A stretch of DNA of 64,000 nucleotides, from the NCBI GenBank assembly GCA_010356995.1, contig ML996688.1:558001-622000 (forward strand), read 5' to 3'. This stretch comes from Trichodelitschia bisporula. Taxonomy: Eukaryota. This document shows positions 48,066 through 58,175 of this stretch, piece by piece. Position 1 is the stretch's first letter. The number at the start of each line of letters is the position of its first letter. Under the pieces are notes generated by a model, which saw nothing but the letters and a program-made list of their open reading frames with translations, was not told the DNA's origin and searched no databases. A program made the translations under genes and the position numbers.

Positions 48066-50712
48066 TTACCGCGCAAAAACCTTGACGACCCCATCTCCGC
48101 CGGCACCGACAACCAAGCGCCCGTCCTGGCTCCAAACGACGCTGCACACACCTTCCCCACGCATTACACGGTGCGTCGTAACCTCCTGTATGCAAACCCG
48201 TTTCTCCAGATCCCAAAATCGGATACTGGCATCATGACCAGCAGAGACGGCCTCTCTGCCATTCTTGCTGAGAGAGAGTGACGAAACTGCGGAGCCATGC
48301 GCGACCATGCTATAGGTGCATTGGCCTGAAGCGTCAGAACAATGCAAGGCGGGGATCAGGGGGTGGAACTTACCGCTGTTGGCATCAAAGAACCGGATGT
48401 ACTTGTCTTCGTGACCGCTGATTATGACACCTTCAACACCACCGCTTGCCGATGACCCCGTGGCGGCGTGCACTACGTTGTCGTCCTCGGAGAGGCTGCG
48501 CCCGCCGTCCACGCCCATTGCACCCTCCAAGCCCATGGACGTCGCAACGACGGTATTTACGCCAGTTGCAGGGGTGCCATTGTATGTTTCACCACTCGCC
48601 ATACCAATCATTTCCTCACCCGTCCGCGTATCGAAGATGAGGATGCTCGAATCGTTGAAGCTGACAACGAAGGTTTCGCCTGACGGTGAAAGGGGACTGA
48701 TGCACGTGGGTGAAGCGAACCCAGCGCGTGGGATAGAATGGATGAGGGTGTAGTGGAAAGGCGTTGCTGTTGCGACGCTTGGCTGCGGCGACGACGGGAA
48801 GTTGGACCCGGAAGTCACAGAGTGTCTCCTGCTCCCTCCAACACCCCTTTTGGAACCTGTTTGCGGCGACGAGAGTTGTGGAGGCGCACTCACGGCCCAA
48901 AGCTTGATTGTTCCGTCGGCAGATCCCGAGGCTAGAAGGACGCGATCGGCGCCACCGTATTTGCTCGAATCGGCGCCGAACACTAAGCCGCACGATGCAG
49001 GTAAGACACAGACAGCCCAGACGGCATCCGTGTGTCCATCCAGGGTTGCCTTTGGATCGACACGCCCGCGCTCCCACACGCGAACAGTCGCGTCCTGGCC
49101 GCCGGAAAATATCCAACCATCACCGGACGCGCGCCCACCAGTGGAAAAGCCGGTTGGAGGGCACGCGGCTAGCGAAGTGACAACGCCTTCGTGGCCGCGG
49201 TGCGTGAAGTAGCTTTGAATGTCAAGGTCGCTACTCACGGCGTGCTGACCGAAATTTCCGTAGCTTGCGGGAATTATCCACCGCTTGATCATTCCGTCGT
49301 CCCCAGCGGTACATATCTCGGGTTCTGAGGGACTTCCACCGCCGGTGAAGATGACGGAGCGAACGACGTCCAGGTGGCCGCGGAGTGCGAATTTGACTTT
49401 GAATTCGTTTGGATTGGATTTTGATGCCGACAAAGGAGAATCCCTCACTTCGTGCTCTTGACTTCGTCTCCGTACCATGCTCGTCGACCCCGACCCTCTC
49501 CGTCGGTGCGAACCGGGCGCAGTCCGAGGTGGGGATCGCACAGGGATGCTGTTGGCACTGGGAAAGAGATCGGTGTCAGGTCTCCGGGGAGGCAGCGCTG
49601 GTTGATTGTGCTCGCTCATTGAGTTAGTCTCGTCAAAGATGAAACCTTCAGACGAGTCCGGATGCTGTTGTCGGTTGTTCAAACCATTCTCCCTAGCTAC
49701 TTCAAAGTTGCTGTATCCGTGCGCGATGTTGTTGCCTGACTCCTCTGCAGCGGAGAAGACGGAATGCGCCTGGGACTGGGAGGTTGGAAAGGGACTGGAG
49801 AGAAGCGTCTGGGCGTGTGGGTAATGCTGTTGACCAGCTTGTTCCCTGACCATGAGCTCGGCCTGGTGAGGTTGTTGGGCAGCTTGCGCTAGGTGCATCA
49901 CATTCGGCATCACACTCGGTGGGTCCGGAACGGGTGGAGGCTGGTGGTTGGGCATCATCTGGTGGTGAAGGTTGGTCTGTTGAGCCTTCTGACGCTGCAG
50001 GAAAGCTTCCTCCATAGTCATTGGGGGATCCTGACCGATGTAGTTGGAGTTCGCCAGCGATTGTAGATTCGACTGAGGCGGCGGAGGGTGCGAGGGCGGC
50101 AAGAGCAGATAGATAACCTCGTCGAAACACTTTGTGAGATACTTGCGGGACTTGTCGATTTGAACATCTCTTTCGGCGTCTGCTGCGCCTTCAAAATCCT
50201 GGACCTTGTTGGGCGCTGGAAAGGAGTTAGCGCTGCACTGAGCGCTGAGCGCCAACCAGCAAGACTCACGTTTGGATGCGCCGACACCAAGCTCAGGCTT
50301 GAAGGCTCCTTTACCCTTGACTTCTTTCTGCAGCTCATCCTCGGCGGTAGGCTTTCCTCCAGATGCAAGTGTCTGGCTCTTCTTGCGCTCGTCTCTAAGC
50401 GCCTTTTCAAGCATCTTGATGTGCTTCTCCAGAACCTCGTTTGACCTCTTCAGCTTGATGAACTCGCCCTCATTTTTAGCGATTTTGGCTTTCATCTCGG
50501 CGCGCTCAATGTCCCACGCGTTTCTGGCTCGCTCGTGGTTGTGCCACTCGATTTGGAGGAATCGCATTACACCTTGGGTCGCACGCGAAGTCAGCTTGTC
50601 CGGGTGGACAAATTTGGCGAAGAGCCCGACATCACATACCTTGCAGAGTGTACTCTGTGGCAACTGGGCCGCCATGGTCACCGCCGACCGCTCCCCCGTT
50701 GAGGCTGTTCAT
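48066..50712 (-). CDS. pro11: Striatin (Pro11/StrA/Far8), STRIPAK WD40 scaffold; exons 50712-50640, 50572-50270, 50215-48374, 48325-48066
   Basis: EYTLQG|VMRFLQIEWHNHERARNAWDIERAEMKAKIA striatin domain; LRGHLDVVRSVIF and further WD40 repeats. Confidence 0.94.
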
Positions 50713-50963
50713 GGAGGGCGACTGCTGCCACGACATCGGGCAGCTGGCAAGGTTTCGAAGCGCAATGAGATGTATTAGGGTCGCAACAGAGCCCTCATTC
50801 GTTTCCGGCAGTTGTTGAAGTGCAGATGGAAGTAATAGCAGAGATGAGAAGGCTATTTGTGGGGGGTCCGAGAGGAGAGTTGGGGTTGGAAGGGTCTGGA
50901 GGTCGGGGATGCTGATGATTGTACTTCCGCGCTAAACGGGGGGAGTCGCGTCGGGGTTCGCGG

Positions 50964-50964
<1 letters not shown>

Positions 50965-51018
<54 letters not shown>
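50965..51018. repeat. 54-nt G homopolymer upstream of striatin
   Basis: Uninterrupted G run. Confidence 0.95.
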
Positions 51019-51019
<1 letters not shown>

Positions 51020-51740
51020 GGACAGAAGGGCCTGAGGTTTTTTGGGGAAGGCAAATGGCTCTGTGTTTTGTGGGGAGATGTGTGTAGGTACTGTAAGAGA
51101 GTTAAGAGGGTTGAAGGTTTTGTTTGCGAGTATGTGAGTTGAAGGTGTAAAGACACGCGTGAAGCGACTTTTTGGGCGGTGGCTGTGGTTAGAGCTCTGA
51201 CTACTGCGTAGCCGACAGGCCTTTTGGTCTCTGCTGCTGCTTCTGGCTGCTCTTGCCCTTTCTTCCCTTGTCACCAGTCAAGCTGAGCAACAGGTCGAGC
51301 GGCCAAGCACATGACTTTCTAGCCAATCAGAGCCTACCCCAGCATGCCAAGCGCGCATCGAATATCGTAATGGCGAACAACCACCTCTTAGAAGCAACCT
51401 TCAAAGTCGCAAAACTCGCATTGCCGCGCGTCATGGCCTTTGCATTTATTTTCTGTCTGAAGGCTGACAGAGTATGCTGCATTCTGGTCGGGACACAAAT
51501 CATCATTTTCTGCACGGTGTAACCCGCTAAAACCACTGCATTTAAGCCTGCAAGTACCTACGTATCTCATAGGCACCTCTATCATATCCTCGTCACCAAA
51601 CCCATCCCTCGTAATCCCCATCTAGCATTGCATTCAAAGCACCAAAGTATCCCGCCCTAGGCCTGTCCTTCAAACAAGTGCGACTTGCTTGGAAATACAC
51701 ATCCACAAACGCCGCACACCGTGTCCCTTGTCCGCTTGGC

Positions 51741-52912
51741 TCATCCCTTCTTCTTTCTCAGCGTTTGCCCTTGACCTTGGAAGTGCACTGGCTCCTTTGG
51801 CGCAGACTTCTCTCCCTTCGTCGGCGGTGGGATGAGTTCGTACCCGAAGAAGAGTTTGTTGGGAGCCAGCCGTAATGGCTGAGGTCCGTTCAGCTGCCTG
51901 ATCGCTGCCGCTTGTGGGTTTGTCGAAGCACCGGCGACCGGGGTAGACGGCTTAGGCGTCGGCGCTTTGCTACCCCTCTTGGACAATTTGTTACCCTGGG
52001 TGAGGAAGTTGGATGACACAGCTTTGGCGCCAGCTGCCGGTGCTGTGGAAGACGGCGCAATGGCAGCGTAGTTGATTGCCTGAGCCATGGTACCATGCGA
52101 GTGGAGCATCCCCGCCTGGCTCGACAGCCCTCCCGTCATACTTCTCGGAGTGCTAGTCCCGCTCGTCCTCTTGGGCTCTTCGTATCCGATAGGCGCAGCA
52201 AAATCGACGCTGAGATCGGTTTCAAGCGTGCATATTGCCTTCTTGTCTGTCTCAGGCTTGACCTCCAGCACCGCTATGCTATACACGTGGTCGTTGTACG
52301 AGAACGTGAACACGTCCCCAGTCGTCAGACAGGCGAACCCCCGAAAGGCGTTTTCGAGCACCGCTTTCGGATCACTGATCTCCAGGAAGTCGGGTGATTG
52401 AGGTTGAAGCTTAATGAAGGTCCCCAGAGGCAGGTCGGTGGATTTGACTTGGAGGAGGTCGCCGGGCTCGAGGGAGAGTGTCTGCATAAGCTGGACTGAC
52501 AGTTAGGATCAGAACAAAGTTTAGGAAGAAAGAGCATACCCAGTACGGAAGATAGATTTTGCCTTCCTCTGCAATAAACTCCAGCACGCCGGCATGAGTC
52601 TGCTTCCCCTTGCCGCCGTTGATCAGCTCGAAGAGCATAGGATAGGTGATGTGCAGGCGCGTGAGCTTGTCCAGGGCGCTTGGGGGCAGAAAGACCTTGC
52701 CTCCATGGTTTGCCTCCTCGCGGTCCGGCCCGGGCATCATAACCACGGGGTAGCAGCGAAAGAACTCGTCGAACCGGCGAGGCTGGCCACCTCGACGCCC
52801 CATCATGGCAGCCTGGTATAAAGCCATGGGATCGTCCTCATCATAGAAGCCAGGGCGAAACTGGATTGCAGTTAGCGGTAGATAAGTGTAAAGCCATGTC
52901 AAGATGTACCAT
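51741..52912 (-). CDS. UFD1: Ubiquitin fusion degradation protein Ufd1; exons 52912-52910 (ATG only), 52860-52540, 52490-51741
   Basis: FDEFFRCYP, GGKVFLPPSALDKL, THAGVLEFIAEEGKIYLPYW, DPKAVLE, ETDLSVDFAAPIGY, C-terminal SHP box FQGQGQTL. Confidence 0.96.
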
Positions 52913-53449
52913 TGTGTTCTTGGATGCGGGGCAGTGTAGGGTAAAGGTCAGAGGTCAATCCTACAACGGGGGATTCTTATGCGAAGCCTCTGGCCCTCTC
53001 AGCGGCGACGGCGGAGCTTTGAAGAACGAGGATATTGCAAGAAGATATGAGAAGGCGCTCAAGAGGAATATGGTGCTGCTGCCTTGAGGTACTTTGTGGA
53101 TGTTTTGGCGGGGACTAAGTATCTCATACACTCTAGGTGAATGATAGTTCGCGGTCACAGCACCCACGGACCGAGCGGGACCCCTGTGACAGCAGGCGGA
53201 CGGAATGCGGAGTATGACGTGCCGCTTATCGTGGCCCGTGCCCAATGCATGGCCTTGGCATCCACCACTTCACAAGCGGTCGTGCTTCAGCCTGGGTGCG
53301 GCCAACTAATAACAGCGAAAGTACCTCCTCGATCGCAGCTTCGAAGCCTTTCTCGGCAGCAGATTTTACTCGGTCAGCCAGGTTCAGCATTGGATTGCTA
53401 GCATACACCCTGCCGTATCCACATTCTCCGTACTTAGCGAGCTTCAAAT

Positions 53450-54802
53450 ATGTCTGGACGACCATCAAAATCAGCACCGCATCCGAAACGGGCGGGCGAT
53501 GTCTTTGCCCGCACACATCTTCAGGGAACAGACGAACCCTCTGCCAAAAAGACTCGCTTCGACTACCGCAATCCATCTACCCTTGCCCCCGATGCGCCCG
53601 AAGAAGATGAAATCCTTGAACTCGATGAAATTGGCAAGGGAGCTCAGCAAACGAAGCGCAACGCTGTCAATCTGGACGGCTACGACTCAGACAGTGACAA
53701 TGACAATTTCAACGCGCGCGCGGAGGCTAGATCCAAAGCACAGTCAGGTCAAACAAAGAGTCAGGATGAGAACGACATGTTCGCCGACAGCGATGAGGGC
53801 GCCGGCGAGGATGGTGACGGTGAACAGGACAGCACGAACAAAAAGAAACGGGCCGTGCGATTCCTGGACGTCGAACAGATTGAAGGACAGGTTGCGGACA
53901 GCAAAGCCGGCGGCCACGTATCTGCGGACTTCAACGTCGAATCGAAGCGAAACGTGCTCGACTCGGATAGCGAAAGCAGCGAGAGCGGTGGTGATGAGGA
54001 GAGAGACCGCACGGAAGATGATCCAGACGCCCGTGAGCTTGGAGCTGGTGCAAAAAGGAAACATGCTCCTAAGCTTGACGCATTTAATATGAGGGCGGAG
54101 GACGAGCAGGGCAAGTTCGACGAGAGTGGAAACTTTGTTCGAAAGGCAGTAGATCCTGACTCCATCCATGACTCCTGGTTGGAGGGAGTTTCCAAAAAGG
54201 ATATAAAGCGGGCACGAGAGGCGCAGCGGCAACGTGACGAAGAACGACGGAAGCGGGACGTAGCGAATGATGCCATTCTGACCTCCGAACTACTTGCCGA
54301 TTTGATCAACCGATTACAAAAGGGGGAGGCTGTTCTGGAAGCTCTGCAGCGCCTGGCAAAGGCCAAGCAACGGCCCAAGAACAAGCGCCAGAAGAACCGA
54401 CGCCAAAACTCAAACACCATGGAAATCGATTCATCGGGTGCACCAGACGACACCACCGAGACGCGACGCCGAGAAACCGTGGAAGCCATCACCGCTGCGG
54501 CAGATCTGCTCCTCACGCGTGGGCAAACAGACATTTACGATGCTGAAAGGGAGGTCTTGGTGCGCCAATACAAGCGAGAAACCGGCGATGATTGGATCGA
54601 CAAACCTACTATCGTCGGAGACGATCCGAGTACCAGGCAATGGGAGTACAGATGGGCAGACGCGCGAGATGGCGGGGAACGGCACGGCCCATATGACGCA
54701 CAGACGATGACCGCCTGGGCCGATGCAGGATATTTCGGGGAGGGCGTAGAGTTTCGAAGCGTCGGAGGTGACGAATGGACGAGGACAGCAGACTTCCTCT
54801 GA
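53450..54802 (+). CDS. LIN1: U5 snRNP GYF-domain protein (Lin1/Snu40/CD2BP2)
   Basis: TKRNAVNLDGYDSDS, LDAFNMRAE..GKFDESGNFVR, DSWLEG, C-terminal WEYRW...HGPYD...WADAGYF. Confidence 0.93.
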   Translation: MSGRPSKSAPHPKRAGDVFARTHLQGTDEPSAKKTRFDYRNPSTLAPDAPEEDEILELDEIGKGAQQTKRNAVNLDGYDSDSDNDNFNARAEARSKAQSGQTKSQDENDMFADSDEGAGEDGDGEQDSTNKKKRAVRFLDVEQIEGQVADSKAGGHVSADFNVESKRNVLDSDSESSESGGDEERDRTEDDPDARELGAGAKRKHAPKLDAFNMRAEDEQGKFDESGNFVRKAVDPDSIHDSWLEGVSKKDIKRAREAQRQRDEERRKRDVANDAILTSELLADLINRLQKGEAVLEALQRLAKAKQRPKNKRQKNRRQNSNTMEIDSSGAPDDTTETRRRETVEAITAAADLLLTRGQTDIYDAEREVLVRQYKRETGDDWIDKPTIVGDDPSTRQWEYRWADARDGGERHGPYDAQTMTAWADAGYFGEGVEFRSVGGDEWTRTADFL

Positions 54803-55187
54803 ATGATGGACAGGGCACTCGGCTCCTTATTGACCTCACTGGTTCCTTGTCCCTGGCCTGAGAGCCATGTGAAGTGCCTGTCCGCATGACGAAAGTCCAG
54901 GGTATGTGGGCCAGGGAAGGAAGCAAGTTTTGTTTGCCCTGTCCTTGTCGAAATAATGCCATTAAACCACTGCTTCACCAAACTACATCACTGATACCGT
55001 ATGCGGCAACCATCGGCTTCACTCCGCGTGATGAGGCCATCGACCAGTCAACGTTGAGTATTAAAAGCATTCTAACCACATATCATTTATAGAAGCAGCG
55101 ACGAACACACAGCGCAGCCAAATAGAGCCTCCCGACCTAAAACTCGCCGTACTTTCAATATGCTCTTGCCACCACAGTTCACATTCT

Positions 55188-55427
55188 CAGCTGCTGCCCG
55201 CGGACCTGGTCGCGAAAATCACGCCCCTGCCTCTGCCCTCTGTCTCCGCCTTCAAGCTCCCGCTCTCGCAATCCGACGCTGCAACCCCCGCCGCCGCCCG
55301 CGCCTTCATCGCCTCCTTTATGGACTTCCCCGCTGGCGCGCCCTTCCTAACCAACCCCGACGGCCAGTCCGGCATCTTCATCTACGACTCACGGCAACCG
55401 CTCTCGGGCCTGCAGCCCTTCGGTTTC
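55188..55427 (+). pseudogene. Isolated internal fragment resembling fungal mitochondrial aspartyl-tRNA synthetase (Msd1-like insertion region)
   Basis: Frame without a start codon: LLPADLVAKITPLP...AFIASFMDFPAGAPFLTNPDGQSGIFIYDSRQPLSGLQPFGF; GC-rich patch in AT-richer flanks; identity is from recall only. Confidence 0.6.
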
Positions 55428-56550
55428 CAAATTAAACCGAGATCAAAGTCTTGAATGTTGCATTCATGAAAAGGCAGATGGCATGGAAGTAGTGCAGAAG
55501 GGGAAGGCTTCCAGAAATGTCACGTGCATTCAAATCGCCGGTCCGAGAAGCCTGACGACAGACGTCATCTCCAAACAGCACAAGATTTCTTGAACATGTT
55601 TGCGCACCGTACTTTCAAGCCCCAGCTCGGGAACTCTCACTCGCTCTGACTCGGTGCCATTGAGACCACGGATTCTCAACCCTGTGGCTGCTCCCGGATG
55701 TTACAAACCAGCGGCCAGTTTGCAGGCACGTGCAGCTCAGCCTTGCGGCACCAAATATGCCAGGACAGTACCCGGAGTTTGCCTATGATGTCCATTGTTT
55801 TTCTTCGAAGTTGTGTGGGAGCTTTTGCTTGCCTTGAATTTCCATGGTTCAAACTCATCTGGTACGGCCACGTCATGGCTTTCCATGGGGAGTAGTCGTT
55901 ACGGCATGTCCGTCGGAAAATTGGCCACTTCCCCCGCAGCAACGGCGGAACCAGCCATCTCTGCTGCGGAGCTAGGTCCCTTCTAAACTGAGTTGCTGCC
56001 TGCTTTACATACGTCTTGCTCTTGCTACTTGGTGGCACGCGCCTTCCCCCGTACATACGATGGTACGTCAGCTCTTGCTACTTGATGACACGCGCCTTCC
56101 CTAAACTATAAGAGCAGGTCTTACCTGCCCAACGTCGTCGATAGCTATTGCCGCTTCAGGTTTTTCACACCCTCCTGCCTCAACACCCCTTGCTACTACA
56201 ATTTCTCAAGAACCGGCTCCTGGGAGGCCGCTCACATAAAGGTATGCCCACGTTTCTCTTCCTCTTCTCTTCTTCGCTGGCAGGCATGTCATTGGTCGCA
56301 CTATCCGCTAACAAGAAAGTGCAGGTTCTTCTGCAGGACTTTTCAGTGTCACTTCCGACAGGCGCTCCATCGGTGTGGTCCAACATTCAACAATCCTTTC
56401 GAGCATGGTAAACGATGCTTCACCCTGGGCACCCATGGGACGTGAATACGCTCTCGTGGGGGAGAACATGCGCGGAGAGCACCTGGAGCTACGACTTCAC
56501 TTCCTGCAGACCCACAAAATCGATCCGGAATAGCAAGAACTCAAAGTTTT

Positions 56551-57084
56551 ATGGAAAGCAACCGACCTGAAGCCGAAGTTCAAGAAACTGTTTTGCCCAG
56601 TATGCCAACATTGCACCACGTGCATGAAGAAGATAATGGAACCGCGAACAGTCAAAGCTTTGACGTTACCCCTCACCTTCGTGGATTTGACGACGACCGA
56701 CGTCTTGTGCCATTCAATACTCCAGCAGCACTGAAGGCTAAGTTCGCGGCAAAGGGTATCAAATGCCTGGACTTCTTCTTAGACGACGATGACAGCGCGC
56801 CGTATATTGAAGAGATAAGGATTTAACTAAACCCTCAATTATCGCATGCTGACTATGAATACTAGGTGCTGGACAAGCCCCTCACGTTTGTCGCGAAGAT
56901 TAATTAGGCTAGGGGCGAGGCGTTCTACGCCGAAGTTGGGATTAATGTAACTTTTTTCTTTCTCGTCAAGGGCGGCTTCGTACACGTGTACAACGACATT
57001 GACCGGGGCGGTCTGGTGGTGTGTCTGGGTCCCAACCCAGACTTTGACAAGCTAGCAGAGGTGATTGACGAAGTCATGATTTGA
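56551..57084 (+). pseudogene. Decayed two-exon orphan gene (~160 codons)
   Basis: ORF 56551-56814; intron-like 56815-56865 with GCTGAC branch point and TAG acceptor but an ATAAGG donor; the frame resumes VLDKPLTFVAKIN*ARGEAFY...IDEVMI* with one TAG at 56905. Confidence 0.5.
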
Positions 57085-57481
57085 GTCGGCGGTGCGAAGG
57101 CGCCACTCTCCCTTCTTGGTGTTTCTCACCAGTCAGGTATGGTTTTATGGTTTAAAGTTTGTACTTGCCGTATTTTAGTGTGTTTTTGCTTGGACCTCCA
57201 AAGTTTGTACTTGTCGTGTTTCAGTGTATGTCCTCGCCTGTACTCCTATATGGCGTACATAAAAATATGCATGAATTCGAGACTCTATGACTTGCAGCTG
57301 GCGTAAAGAGAAGAGCAAAAATCAAGGCTGCGCCCGAGGCTGAGTGGCTGAACCCTAACCCACCCCGGCCCTTGCCCGAAAAGGGGCGTCCGGCGCCGGC
57401 CCATCAATCCGTTGCCTGAGCTCCGCGATGATGCCAGTAACGCTCAACAGCTCCCTCGCCGTCGACACTCGTCACGCAGCA

Positions 57482-58175
57482 ATGGCCGCCCCCTCTGGCA
57501 CCAACGCGGCCGAGAGCAGCCCGTCAAACGCCGGCAATTCCCTGACGGGCCAAAAGTCGCCGCCGCCGGCCAGCCCCGGCGAGATTCTCACGCGTCGTCT
57601 CGTACTCTTTTCGTTCTGGGCCGTGATTCTGTTTCTTGGCCTGCCGGTATGGTAGCGCACCACGACTATCTACCGCACGCCGCTGCCGCTGCAGGAGATG
57701 TAGGACTGGGCGGATGGTAAGGTGTGTATTTTGAGAAGTGGTTGCGGGTGGAGGGCTAATATGAGGATAGGTCTGCCGCCTTACCTTTCCGTTGCGCATC
57801 GCCGTCGAGGCGCCTTTGCTCCCTCTGCAGGAGGCCTAGTAGCTCCCTCTGCAGGAGGCCTAGTAGCTCCTTCGTACCACGCAGTACGCGCTCGATAATC
57901 TTAACGAGTTTTCAGCGTATTACTTGCCGCTGCTACTATCGACGCTCGACGTCTATTACTCGCCCAACCAGATTCCGTCGTCGTCGTCGACCGTATCGCC
58001 GCTCGCAACGTATATCGCGACGGAGCTACAGACCATTTTCAACGAGGAGCAGGCTAGCCTCGCGCACTTTATAGCGTCGACGCCGTGGCACTCGAGCCAG
58101 ACAAAGTCTATAACGTCCGAGCTCGCGGCCACGCTTACGCGCCGCAAGACGCGCTCGTAAAAGTACGCGCCGAAA
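57482..58175 (+). pseudogene. GPI17: GPI transamidase subunit PIG-S/Gpi17 pseudogene fragment (5' portion, intron retained, internally deleted)
   Basis: SFWAVILFLGLPVW*RTTTIYRTPLPLQEM*DWADGK|VCRLTFPLRI...TQYALDNLNEFSAYYL...LDVYYSPNQIP...TRS*KYAP; stops at 57653, 57701, 57837-57842, 57861-57866, 58158; intron 57722-57770. Confidence 0.85.

Noticed and set aside
53744..54534. Long antisense ORFs over LIN1, MTC5, striatin and the acyl-CoA dehydrogenase
   Set aside because: Shadow ORFs caused by codon bias of the sense genes
54851..54916. Hammerhead ribozyme or TPP riboswitch (CTGAGAG...GAAA)
   Set aside because: The core lacks N7 of CUGANGA and the UH cleavage site before stem I; the TPP downstream consensus (UGAU...GxUAAUxCC) is absent
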